From NCBI GenBank assembly GCA_963422375.2, contig OY729428.2:3488001-3552000 (forward strand): 64,000 bases of DNA, written 5' to 3'. Below the pieces are notes generated by a model that made no database searches, had not been told where the DNA came from, and was given only the letters and a program-made list of their open reading frames with translations. Positions 17,509 through 26,488 of this stretch are shown piece after piece (positions within the stretch are counted from its first letter, which is position 1; each line of letters opens with the position of its first letter). Source of the DNA: Bryobacterales bacterium. Its GTDB lineage: Bacteria; Acidobacteriota; Terriglobia; Bryobacterales; UBA6623. The position numbers and the translations under genes were made by a program.

Positions 17509-18621
17509 TCAGATCCCGAGAATGGCGAGCAGCACGCTGCCAGTGAAGGATTCCCCGCCCGCGGCGTCGACGAATTGGCCTTTGCCTACCTGCGCAAGCT
17601 GACGCAGGAACAAGTCGGCCTTCCGGCGATCTCGGTTGTTGTCGTTCAGGTTCGCCCTGACTGTGGAGACGAATTGGCCCGGGCTTGATGCGAACAGCTG
17701 GGCTGCCCGAATCGCGGCCGCCTCCCTGTCCGGATACGCCGCGTTGTCCGTGATCGCGATGACGTAGCGGCGCTCGCTCTCGGGTCTCCAGTTGGAGTTG
17801 ATCGCCATCTCCACGGCCGTCGCAACCATCTCGGGTCCGTCCCTGTTGAGTCTGTTCCTAGTTCGGTCCATTTCCGGCCTGAGCGTGGAGACGAACGAGC
17901 GGACCTCGGCAAGACGGGACGTCGGGACAATCCTTCTCTCGTAGATCGGCGGGACCCATGTGCGGTCACCGAACGCGATGACCCCGATGCCTACGGACGG
18001 GGCCAAGCTGTCCAGGAGCTGTGCCAGCGTCCCGATTTCATTCTTCAGGCCCGCGATCTGGTCGGTCATGCTGGAGGTCACGTCGAGGCAGATCACGAGG
18101 TCCATGTCGGGAATCCGGGCTTTTGCGAGAGCGGCCTCCAGTTCGCTCACATTCTTCCGCGATTCCGCGAGGCTGGCCTTGATCTCGTCGACTTCCCGCT
18201 CGAGGGCCCGTTCCCTAGCGAGGTTGCCTGCCTCCTTCTTCCTGCCCGCCTCTGCGGCCTTCCTGCTCGCCTCTGCCGCGGCCAGGACCTCCTGAAGTTC
18301 CGCGATCTTCTGCTGGGCTTGCTCGACTTGGGCGAGAGCTTCGTCCAGGGCTCCGGCCAGCGCATCGCTGTCTTCGGCGTCGCTCCGCACTTGCGCCAGC
18401 ACGGCCTCAAGGCTGCGCGCCCTCTCCGCGACACGGTCGCGGTCCCGGATCGCTTGGGCCAGCTCCGCCTGCACGGCCTCGACCTGGTCGCGCGAGTCAC
18501 CGGTATTCGGGAAGAACGGCAAGGCCATGATCGACAGCAGGATGAACGCGCCCATGCCTGAGGCGAACAGGTCCAGCGCTGAGATGGAGAAGACGTTGAG
18601 TTCTCGCCGACGAAATGTCAT
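17509..18621 (-). CDS. Membrane-anchored coiled-coil + von Willebrand factor A domain protein
   Basis: N-terminal RRR plus hydrophobic segment containing Asp (SALDLFASGMGAFILL); long Ala/Glu-rich coiled coil; MIDAS-like DLVICLDVTSSM and IAITD. Confidence 0.85.
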   Translation of the reverse strand: MTFRRRELNVFSISALDLFASGMGAFILLSIMALPFFPNTGDSRDQVEAVQAELAQAIRDRDRVAERARSLEAVLAQVRSDAEDSDALAGALDEALAQVEQAQQKIAELQEVLAAAEASRKAAEAGRKKEAGNLARERALEREVDEIKASLAESRKNVSELEAALAKARIPDMDLVICLDVTSSMTDQIAGLKNEIGTLAQLLDSLAPSVGIGVIAFGDRTWVPPIYERRIVPTSRLAEVRSFVSTLRPEMDRTRNRLNRDGPEMVATAVEMAINSNWRPESERRYVIAITDNAAYPDREAAAIRAAQLFASSPGQFVSTVRANLNDNNRDRRKADLFLRQLAQVGKGQFVDAAGGESFTGSVLLAILGI

Positions 18622-19284
18622 GGCCCCGTGCCGGGTTGCAACCGCCTCGTCATCTAGCGCCCCCGTCGAAGTCACGCCCGGGAGGGCGCGACGCCAAGCC
18701 GCGACTGCCTGCTCGACCAGCCAAGCGCCGAGCCTTGAGCTCGGTCGAGCAGGCGGGACGCACCGGTTTCCGAGTTTCCGCTTGGCACCATTGTGCGCAC
18801 CAGGACCGGGTCCCGCTGATTCGGCTCGCGGAACCGGCAGACGCCCGCATGGACCCGAAGCCGGAGCGCGTCGCCGCCAGGGGACCGGACCGGAATTCCG
18901 CGAATGGCGAGTCGAGCCCGCCTCGAAGGGGCCCGGCTACTTCGCCGGCAGTGCAAGCAGCGGGTCTCCTCCGCATGGAGGCGGCCGCGCGACGGCTCCG
19001 CCTGAACTGACACAGCGCCATCGCGACCTTTACGCTGCCACGCAGATCTCTGGCTCGGCCCGGCACTCGACCATCCCCCTTCAAGACGCACCGCACTGCG
19101 AGACGGTTTCTCAAGGGACTGCCCTGGCTTGGGACCTCGGACAGTCTGGGCTGGCGGCAGCAAGACGGACTCGAACGACCAACGCCGGCCCGGCGAGGAT
19201 CCAGTCGGCCTCTCGCGAAGCGGCGCTAGAAAGGATGTGTACGCAGAATCGGCGGCCGGTGCGTCTGATGGCACCGAGACCGGA

Positions 19285-21942
19285 ATGTCGCAGACGGGCC
19301 CCGAAGAACGCGGTCATCGCGCCGCCCCGCTCCCAACCGGACCGGATGCTCCGGAATCCGGCGCGGCGGAGGACTCCGGCCCGCCGACAGACGCCTACCG
19401 GCGCGGGCCGTACCTGCCCCCCGGCACGGTACTGAACCGGGCGTACGCCACTCGGTCCGTAGTGGGACAGGGTGGCTTCGGCGTCGTCTACGAAGCCACG
19501 CACTTGCAGCTGGAGCATCCGGTAGCGATCAAGGAGTACTTCCCGGAGGAATTCTGCGTCCGCGTGGGCGATGCCGTCCATGCCAAGAGCACGGTTGCCA
19601 AGGCTTGTTTCGACGACGGCATGAAGCGCTTCCGCGAGGAAGCGAAACGCCTGATCGAACTCAGGGGCTCGCCCAACGTCGTGGCGTATCGAGAGTTCTT
19701 CCTTGAGAACGGCACAGCCTACATCGTCATGGACTTCGAGGACGGCATGCCGCTGTCGGAACTTCTCGCGAGGCGGGAGGCGGCGGGCCGGGGATTCGAG
19801 GAGCGCGACCTAGTCGCGGTCATGGTTCCCGTGCTGAGAGGCCTGCAGAGGCTACACCAAGCCGGCATTTTCCACCGCGATGTCAAGCCCGGGAACATCC
19901 TGATCCGACGCAGAACCGAGCAGGCCGAGGAGGTTCCTGTCCTGATCGATTTCGGCGCGGCGAAGCAAGCGTTCGCCGAGCACTCCAGGACGAACGCACC
20001 GCACACCCCCGGGTACGCGGCCCTCGAGCAGGTCGGGGAAGGGGATCTCGGACCTTGGACAGACGTGTACGCGGCGGGGGCCGTCATGTGGCGAATGGTC
20101 GCTTGCGGGAGCTCCGCAAGCGGCTCCGATGGTCCCGTGCGTGTGGAGAGCCGGGTGATGGCGAGGTTGCGCGGGCGACCCGATCCGATGCCTAGGGCAG
20201 TCGAACTCGGGCGAGGGCGATTCTCTCCGAGACTTCTCGAATTGATTGAACAGTGCTTGGAGTTGAGGGAGTCCGACCGCGTAAAAGATTGCACTAAAGT
20301 CCTGCAAGTGCTCCAATCTATTCACAGAAATAGAGGTCCAGATTCCGGTTTAATAGATCTGAATATTCGTAACGATTGGACTGCTAAATCGGCAGTCTAC
20401 AATATGGATATGGACACCAAGTCAAGCGGAATATGGCGGTCAAAAATAATGGCATTAGCGCTTGTATTTGCAGTGATAGGATGCGTAGAATCAGCGGTTA
20501 TAATCAAGAATTCATGGCACGACTCGACCCGGACTGAGGCAGCCGACTCGACACCTTCCACGGTGGGGAGCGGAAACAAAGCAACGGACCTGCCGACTTC
20601 CTTGCCAGCGAAGTCCCAGGGAAAATCCTCGTCTGCGCCGAGCATCCCAAGCTTTAGAGTCGAAGTCGAACCTTCGGATGCCGCTGTGTTCTTCTCCAAC
20701 GAGGCTCAACCGTACACGGCGGGAATACCTCTGGCCCTAGGGACGTACGAGCTCGATTTCCGAGCCGTCGGGCACCAGCCTCTGAGTACGTCAATCCAGC
20801 ACGACGGGTCGGGCACGGTGCCGAGAGTCGCATTGCAGTCTCTGGAAGTGCCGCCGCTCACGCCAAGGGCTCGGAGCCCCTTCAAGCCGACTGTTCAGCC
20901 TCGCCCCGCAGAGGCCGCGCAGCGGCCGAAGCCCGGACAGGATCCCGAGCAGTCCAGACCGGCTTCCACGGACATACTCGGCACCGGCCCATCCAATGCG
21001 TCGACAGCTCCGAACACGCAGGCGATTCATGCCGGGCCAAGCCCGTCCGCTCTCCCGCCCGAGGTCGATCCGGCACCTGCCGCGCACGTCGTGCCGCCGA
21101 CCGTCGCCGAGCCGGACCTCGGCGAACTGGCGAAGGACGCATGGCAAGAAGCGAGGGATTCAGACAGCCCGGAAGTCCTGGGAGCTTTCATTGACACATT
21201 CGATGGCAGGCGAGGTGCCAGTCTCTGGGTCACACTGGCAAAGGACCGCCTAGCTAAGCTGCCGGCGTCGCCGGTGGCTCCGACGAACGCGCCGGTGCCC
21301 CCGAAGCAGCCGATTCGCATCGGAGGGAACATCGCAAGGGCCCGACTCACGCACCAGATCCGGCCGCGCTATCCTCCGCACGCCCGGCAGGCTCGTGTCG
21401 AAGGCACAGTCAAACTGTCGGCAATCATTGCACGGGACGGGACGGTCCAGAGTCCTCAAGCTACCTCCGGCCACCCGCTCTTGATCCCAGCGGCGTTGGC
21501 CGCCGTCAAGCAGTGGCGCTATCGGCCGACCCTGCTGAACGGAGTGCCCGTCGAGGTTCTCACAAGCATCGAATTGAATTTCACGTTGGGGGACAGGCCT
21601 GATACAACGACCCCGGACAAGAGGCAGTCTCCAAGTCCAAGGCCCGCTCCGAGGCTCGATCAGCCCAAGCGAGACTTCACCAAGCCGCAGCTAGCGGTTC
21701 AGGTCAAACCGTCGTACCCAATGACCGCTCGCCGGGCGCGAGTGGAGGGCACGGTTAGACTCCGCGTGACCATTGCAAAGGACGGAACAATCAAGGAGGC
21801 TAGGGCCATGTCAGGTCATCCTATTCTGGTGCAATCTGCGGTCAATGCAATGAAGAAATGGCGTTACTTTCCGACAATAAAAAACGGAATTTCCGTCGAT
21901 ATTGTCACGAATATAGACGTTAAATTCGAACTGAATCCATGA
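19285..21942 (+). CDS. Hanks-type Ser/Thr kinase with TM, PEGA-like segment and two TonB C-terminal domains
   Basis: GQGGFGVVY, AIKEYFP, HRDVKPGN, IDFG and TPGYAALEQ; TM IMALALVFAVIGC. Two YP..AR.ARVEGTV...DG...SGHP.L...A..A.K.WRY.PT..NG repeats. Start uncertain (ORF is open from 19129). Confidence 0.88.
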   Translation: MSQTGPEERGHRAAPLPTGPDAPESGAAEDSGPPTDAYRRGPYLPPGTVLNRAYATRSVVGQGGFGVVYEATHLQLEHPVAIKEYFPEEFCVRVGDAVHAKSTVAKACFDDGMKRFREEAKRLIELRGSPNVVAYREFFLENGTAYIVMDFEDGMPLSELLARREAAGRGFEERDLVAVMVPVLRGLQRLHQAGIFHRDVKPGNILIRRRTEQAEEVPVLIDFGAAKQAFAEHSRTNAPHTPGYAALEQVGEGDLGPWTDVYAAGAVMWRMVACGSSASGSDGPVRVESRVMARLRGRPDPMPRAVELGRGRFSPRLLELIEQCLELRESDRVKDCTKVLQVLQSIHRNRGPDSGLIDLNIRNDWTAKSAVYNMDMDTKSSGIWRSKIMALALVFAVIGCVESAVIIKNSWHDSTRTEAADSTPSTVGSGNKATDLPTSLPAKSQGKSSSAPSIPSFRVEVEPSDAAVFFSNEAQPYTAGIPLALGTYELDFRAVGHQPLSTSIQHDGSGTVPRVALQSLEVPPLTPRARSPFKPTVQPRPAEAAQRPKPGQDPEQSRPASTDILGTGPSNASTAPNTQAIHAGPSPSALPPEVDPAPAAHVVPPTVAEPDLGELAKDAWQEARDSDSPEVLGAFIDTFDGRRGASLWVTLAKDRLAKLPASPVAPTNAPVPPKQPIRIGGNIARARLTHQIRPRYPPHARQARVEGTVKLSAIIARDGTVQSPQATSGHPLLIPAALAAVKQWRYRPTLLNGVPVEVLTSIELNFTLGDRPDTTTPDKRQSPSPRPAPRLDQPKRDFTKPQLAVQVKPSYPMTARRARVEGTVRLRVTIAKDGTIKEARAMSGHPILVQSAVNAMKKWRYFPTIKNGISVDIVTNIDVKFELNP

Positions 21943-22090
21943 GATAGTCTCTTTCATATGCTTTATATAGTTCTTGTGACAGAACGCACAAGCCCTTAGT
22001 TTCCGGGCAGTTGCAGCAAGTCCGTGGGACGAAGATCGGGCCGATCCGGGTCGGCTTGCGCGTTTCCGGGGGTTGTGCGACAATCTTCGT

Positions 22091-22217
22091 CCTGATTACC
22101 CACAAGACTCAGCCAAGGTTAGGAGGCGGTAAGGCATGGGTGGGGTGCGCACGGAGGCGTGGAGCAGGCGGGGGACCAGCGCCTCCAGATCGTGGCGGCG
22201 TCTTGTGGGTAATCGGG
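22091..22217. mobile_element. Miniature derivative of the IS1595-family element at 24148-25180 (3' end plus inverted copy of the same end)
   Basis: 22091-22200 is nearly identical to 24148-24257. 22200-22217 is a 17/18 inverted copy of 22091-22108. Confidence 0.75.
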
Positions 22218-22486
22218 AAGATTGCCGCGCTTTGGGCCCTCGCACAAGGGCGGCAGTTGCACGATGCCGAGGCCCTCGAGCGCCGCCAGCAGGCGCAGGG
22301 CCAGCTGGACGCGGCTGTTGCCCCCGGGCGTCTGCCAGCGTAACTGCTCGCGGATCGTATGGCGCAGCTCGGTGCGTCTGAGGGCCGGGAACGTCTCCAC
22401 GGTTTCCTAGACGCCGGCGATCTGCTTGCGCGTCAGGCGGCACCCGAAGAAGGTGGTCGACTGAGCTTCTCGATGCGTGGGTCCAT
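22218..22486 (-). pseudogene. DUF4338-like (IS-associated) protein N-terminal remnant
   Basis: MDPRIEKL/(frameshift)STTFFGCRLTRKQIAGV*ETVETFPALRRTEL...W.TP.G...LEGLGIVQLPP; recognised from recalled family N-terminus. Contains a frameshift and an internal stop. Confidence 0.6.
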
Positions 22487-22628
22487 GCGATCCTGCTGCC
22501 GGGCTCGGCCATAGAATAGGCTGGCGAACGGCTCCGAAGAAGTCAGGTCCGTGTCGAGAAATTGTGGGAATCTTATACCCGAGTTCCGAGGCAACCGATT
22601 TGGCAAATTATCAATCCATAAATGAATT

Positions 22629-24139
22629 GGGAATTATATATCTGAGTGCCGACAACGCCATATCCGACTAGAACTGCTGTGAGCAGGGAGGTGGGTGTCG
22701 AGCTGGGGTCATGCGAGTGCGGCCGCGGCGGGCACAGAGGGGGGGTGGGGGGTGGGATCGTATCTGAATCGAGCCTGCCAGCGGATTGGACGAGGAAGGG
22801 ACTAGAGAGGCCGCCTCGCATGCCCCGGTGAAACCCGGTTGGCGGTGGCAGGGCACCCCTTGCAAGCCGCTTGCAGGCCCTGCGAGGGCCGAAGACAGCG
22901 GATCCCCGGCGCTCGACGGCCTGCATGGACGGTCCGGGCCGGACCGGGGTCGCGCCGGGGCATTCCGGATCCGGTGCGACCCTCGTACCGAGCGTGCAGC
23001 GCGCGCCCGCAGCGGGCTGCCGCGCTCGGCGCGGCGGGCGCCGCTCAGGCCGCGACCGCGGCCTTGCCGGTCAGCTGCCGGTAGGTCAGCGTCCGGCCGA
23101 CCAAGCCCCGCGCCATGCGCCGCATCCGTTCCGCCGTGTCGCAGTCGCGGTCGTTGCGCCGTCCCGCGAACTCCGTGAGGTAGCGGCCGAGATGACGGAC
23201 GCTCATCCGGTGATAGGTTCCGTACAGGCCGCGCTCGAACAGGGACCGGAACGACTCGATGCCGTTCGTATGCGCTGCCCCGCGCACGTACTCGCCGCCG
23301 GAGTGCCTGACGGCTTCGTGCGCGAACTCCGCCATGCCGGCGCAGGCCGCCGCCTCGTCGGAGCGGACCTGCGCGCCCGGCGCGACCCGGCCGCGCACGA
23401 AGCCCTGCAGGTCGCCCTTGGCGGTGGCCGGCAGCGGCCGCGCAGCCACTGCGTTCGTGGCGCGGTCCCGCGCCCCCGCCACGGGCGTCTTGCCGACGGG
23501 CCCGCGCCCGGCGCGGGCCTTCTTCCTCTCGTGCTTGTTGCGTTCCTTGCCGCCGACGCAGGTCTCGTCCACCTCCACCGGGCCGGCGAACAGGCCCTGA
23601 TCCCGCTCCCGGCACGCGCGGATGCGGTGCGCCAGGTGCCAGGCCGACTTCCGGCTGATGCCCGGGTCGCGGTGCAGCTTCATGCTCGAGACGCCCTTGA
23701 TGCCGGTGGTCGGCAGGAACAGGGCGACGGCCCGGGTGCGGTAGCCGAGCTTGGTGTCGGCCATCACGCTGCCGGTGCGCACCGAAAAGCGCTTGCCGCA
23801 GCCGCGGCAACGGTACGGCATCGAAGGGTGGGCCGCGTCGGACTGCACGCTGGAGCCGCGGCAGCGGGGGCACGCGGGACCGTCCGGCCAGCGCATGGAG
23901 GCGAACCACTTTTCCGCGGATTCGTCATCGGGGAACATGGCGATCACTTCGATCAATGTGATGCCTTTACGGAACCACTTTCCGGGACCTGATTTCTTCA
24001 TTTACGGTATCCCCTACTGGAACTATTCTACCAAGAAATACCACAGAATTTCAACGGAAAATCGGAAGAAATATGAAATCTTATAATGGCTTGATAATTT
24101 GCCGACTTGATTCCCTCGGCACTCAGATATATAATTCCC
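22629..24139 (-). mobile_element. IS1595-family insertion sequence
   Basis: Perfect 24-bp IRs at 22629-22652 and 24116-24139; 8-bp direct repeat AATGAATT at 22621-22628 and 24140-24147. Confidence 0.93.
23045..24001 (-). CDS. IS1595-family transposase (open frame but degenerate at conserved residues)
   Basis: RWPDGPACPRC...YRCRGC zinc ribbon, VEVDET, SDEA, HTNGIESF and HL.RYL.EF. Confidence 0.88.
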   Translation of the reverse strand: MKKSGPGKWFRKGITLIEVIAMFPDDESAEKWFASMRWPDGPACPRCRGSSVQSDAAHPSMPYRCRGCGKRFSVRTGSVMADTKLGYRTRAVALFLPTTGIKGVSSMKLHRDPGISRKSAWHLAHRIRACRERDQGLFAGPVEVDETCVGGKERNKHERKKARAGRGPVGKTPVAGARDRATNAVAARPLPATAKGDLQGFVRGRVAPGAQVRSDEAAACAGMAEFAHEAVRHSGGEYVRGAAHTNGIESFRSLFERGLYGTYHRMSVRHLGRYLTEFAGRRNDRDCDTAERMRRMARGLVGRTLTYRQLTGKAAVAA

Positions 24140-24147
24140 AATGAATT

Positions 24148-25180
24148 CCTGATTACCCACAAGACTCAGCCAAGGTTAGGAGACGGTAAGGCATGGGCGG
24201 GGTGCGCACGGAGGCGTGGAGCAGGCGGGGGATCAGCACCGCCAGATCGTAGCGGCGGTTGAAGCGGTAGCAGAACTCGGCGAGGTAGCGCGGCAGGTGC
24301 TTGCCGTCGAGTGCATGGCAGGTTCCCGCCAGGGACTGCTTGACGTTCGCCAGCATCGTGTTGACCCGGACGAAGCGGGAATCCCCGCAGCTCCGCTGCC
24401 CACCTGCGGTGACGGTCGGCACGTGCTCGCAGCCGGCGTCGGCCACGCCCCGCAAGCAGGCCAAGCCGTCGGAATGCACCTCCGTGCCGGGCTGCAGGTG
24501 CCGCCCGGCCCATGCTGCCAGCGTCTTCTTGCGGAAGCCCGCCACGCTGCTCAGGCGCATCCTTGCCGGCTGGCCGGCGGCGCTGACCTGCACGGCGGCC
24601 ACGAACGGCGTCTTGCCCGCCGCGCCGCGCCCGCGCTTGTCGCCGCTCCGCTCCCCGCCCCGGTAGGCGTCGTCCACCTGCACGATGCCGCCCGGCGGCA
24701 CGCGCTCGTCGCGCTCCTTCATCACTTGCAGGAGCTTGTGCTTCATCTTCCAAGCCGTGTTCCGGCTCACGCCCAGCTGCCGCGCCAGTTCCAGCGACGA
24801 AACGCCGTGCTAGCCCTGCGTCAGCAGGTGGAGCGCCAGGAACCAGACGGTCAGCGGCAGCTTGGTGGCGGCCAAGATCGTGCCGGCGACGAGGGAGGTC
24901 CGGCGGTGGCAGGCGTTGCACTGCCAGAGCTTGCGGGAGCGGATGCGGCAGTGCCGGCGGGAGCCGCACTCCGGGCAGCGGAAGCCGTCCGGCCAGCGGG
25001 CGTTGCAGACGGCCTGCTCGCATGGCCCCTCGCTGCCGTAGCGCTGCAGGAACTTGCCCAGGCTGAGTCCCTTCTGGAATTGCACGCGATTGCGTTTCAT
25101 CTGCTATCCCCTTTCCTAGCAGAGATTTCCGACCTCCTTCAGTATAGCATATCCTCGGCTGACGTTCGTTGGTAATCAGG
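24148..25180 (-). mobile_element. IS1595-family element (second subgroup, ISSod11-like)
   Basis: Imperfect 24-bp IRs cctgattacc...tcagcc and ggctga...ggtaatcagg; flanked by AATGAATT at 24140-24147 and 25181-25188. Confidence 0.9.
24153..25100 (-). pseudogene. IS1595-family transposase with in-frame TAG at 24810-24812
   Basis: ORFs 24810..25100 and 24153..24770 share a frame: RWPDGFRCPEC, QVDDAY.GG, KRGRGAAGKTPFV, SDGL and RYLAEFCYRFNRR. Confidence 0.9.
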
Positions 25181-25210
25181 AATGAATTTGATATTTATTC
25201 CGGAGATCTG

Positions 25211-25240
25211 TTGACAGTCAGTGGATATTCTTGATGGAAT
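25211..25240 (+). promoter_or_regulatory. Sigma70-like promoter of the IS1595 transposase
   Basis: TTGACA-18 nt-TGGAAT followed by AGGAGG and a TTG start. The paralog has TTGAAA-18 nt-TAGAAT at the equivalent position. Confidence 0.55.
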
Positions 25241-25263
25241 AGTTCCAATATAGGAGGTCTTCG

Positions 25264-26163
25264 TTGAAGACTTCGAAGCAGAACGGTCCCGGGAAGTGGT
25301 TTCGTAAAGGCATCACCTTGATCGCAGTGATTGCCATGTTCCCCGATGACGAATTCGCGGAAGAGTGGTCCGCCTCTATGCGCTGGCCGGACGGTCCGGC
25401 ATGCCCCCGCTGCCGCGGCTCCAGCGTGCAGTCCGGCGCGGCCCACCCTTCGATGCCGTACCGTTGCCGCGGTTGCGGCAAGCGCTTTTCCGTGCGCACC
25501 GGCAGCGTGATGGCCGACACCAAGCTCGGCTACCGCGTCCGGGCCGTCGCCATGGTCCTGCTGACCGCCGGCCTCAAGGGCGTCTCCGGCATGAAGCTCC
25601 ACCGCGACCCGGGCATCAGCCGGAAGTCGGCCCGGTGGAAGTGGACGAGACCTACGTCGGCGGCAAGGAGCGCGACAAGCACGAGAGCAAGAAGGGCCGG
25701 GCGCGGGCCGGCCGGCAAGACCCCCGTGGCGGGTGCGCGGGACCGCGCCACGAACGAAGTGGCCGCCCGGCCGCTGCCGGGCACGACCGAGGGCGACCTG
25801 CAGGGCTTCGTGCGCAGCCGGGTCGCGCCGGGCGCGCAAGTCCGCTCCGACGAGGCGGCGGCATACGCCGGCATGGCGGAGTTCCCGCGCGAGGGCGTCA
25901 AGCACTCCGGCGGCGAGTACGTGCGGGGGACCGCGCATACGAACGGCATCGAGTCATCTTGGTCCCTGTTCAAGCGCGGCCTCTACGAAACCTATCACCG
26001 GATGAGCGTCCGTCACTTGGGCCGCTACCTCGCGGAGTTCGCGGGACAGCGAAACGCCCCCAACTGCGACACGGCGGAACGGATGCGGCGCAAGGCGCGG
26101 GGCTTGCTCGGCAAGACGCTGACCTACCGGCAACTGGTCGGCAAGGCCGCGGTCGCGGCCTGA
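25264..26163 (+). pseudogene. IS1595-family transposase with internal deletion
   Basis: Paralog of 23045-24001. A deletion of about 61 nt between cggcc microhomologies near 25632 puts VEVDETY out of frame; a second indel near 25695 restores the frame. Confidence 0.85.
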
Positions 26164-26488
26164 GCACGGCCTTGCCGGTCCGCTGCGGCCTCTCTTCACG
26201 CTCAGCGCGAAGGGCGCTCCGGATCCGGAATCCCGCGCCGCGACCGCAGTCCAGCCCGGACAATTCCTACAGGCAGCCGGCCTGGAAGGGGAGCCTCTCC
26301 ACGGCAAACCGGGTTCCACCGGGGCGTCCGAGGCGGCCCCTCTAGTCCGTGCGCCTAGCCGGATATGGCGTCGTCGGCAATCAGATACATAATTCCCCTA
26401 GGAAACTGGTGCCCTAGCCCGCTCCATCCGCATCCCGGCGGTCTACCGCCCCGGGGATGCCGCGACGCTTCCCGTCGGGCGGCTCGGC

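Larger units (their letters stand above)
22566..26397 (+). mobile_element. Outer IS1595-family element interrupted by two nested IS at one target site
   Basis: Left end gggaatcttatacccgagttccga (22566) and right end tcggcaatcagatacataattccc (to 26397). Joining 22566-22628 to 25189-25260 aligns with the intact left end of the paralog ending at 24139. Confidence 0.8.

Noticed and set aside
18782..18798. Sigma54-like TGGCAC...TGC in the vWA/kinase intergenic region
   Set aside because: GG to GC spacing is 9 or 11 nt, not the required 10.
18650..19274. ORFs upstream of the vWA gene as a possible MotA/ExbB partner
   Set aside because: No hydrophobic helices or ExbB motifs in the predicted frames.
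13634..21942. Interpretation as a T6SS regulatory cluster
   Set aside because: No tss structural genes are in the window, and the FHA and PP2C are fused to protease-related domains.
22218..22486. Druantia defence system from the DUF4338-like fragment
   Set aside because: Only a broken N-terminal fragment inside an IS nest, with no other Druantia genes.
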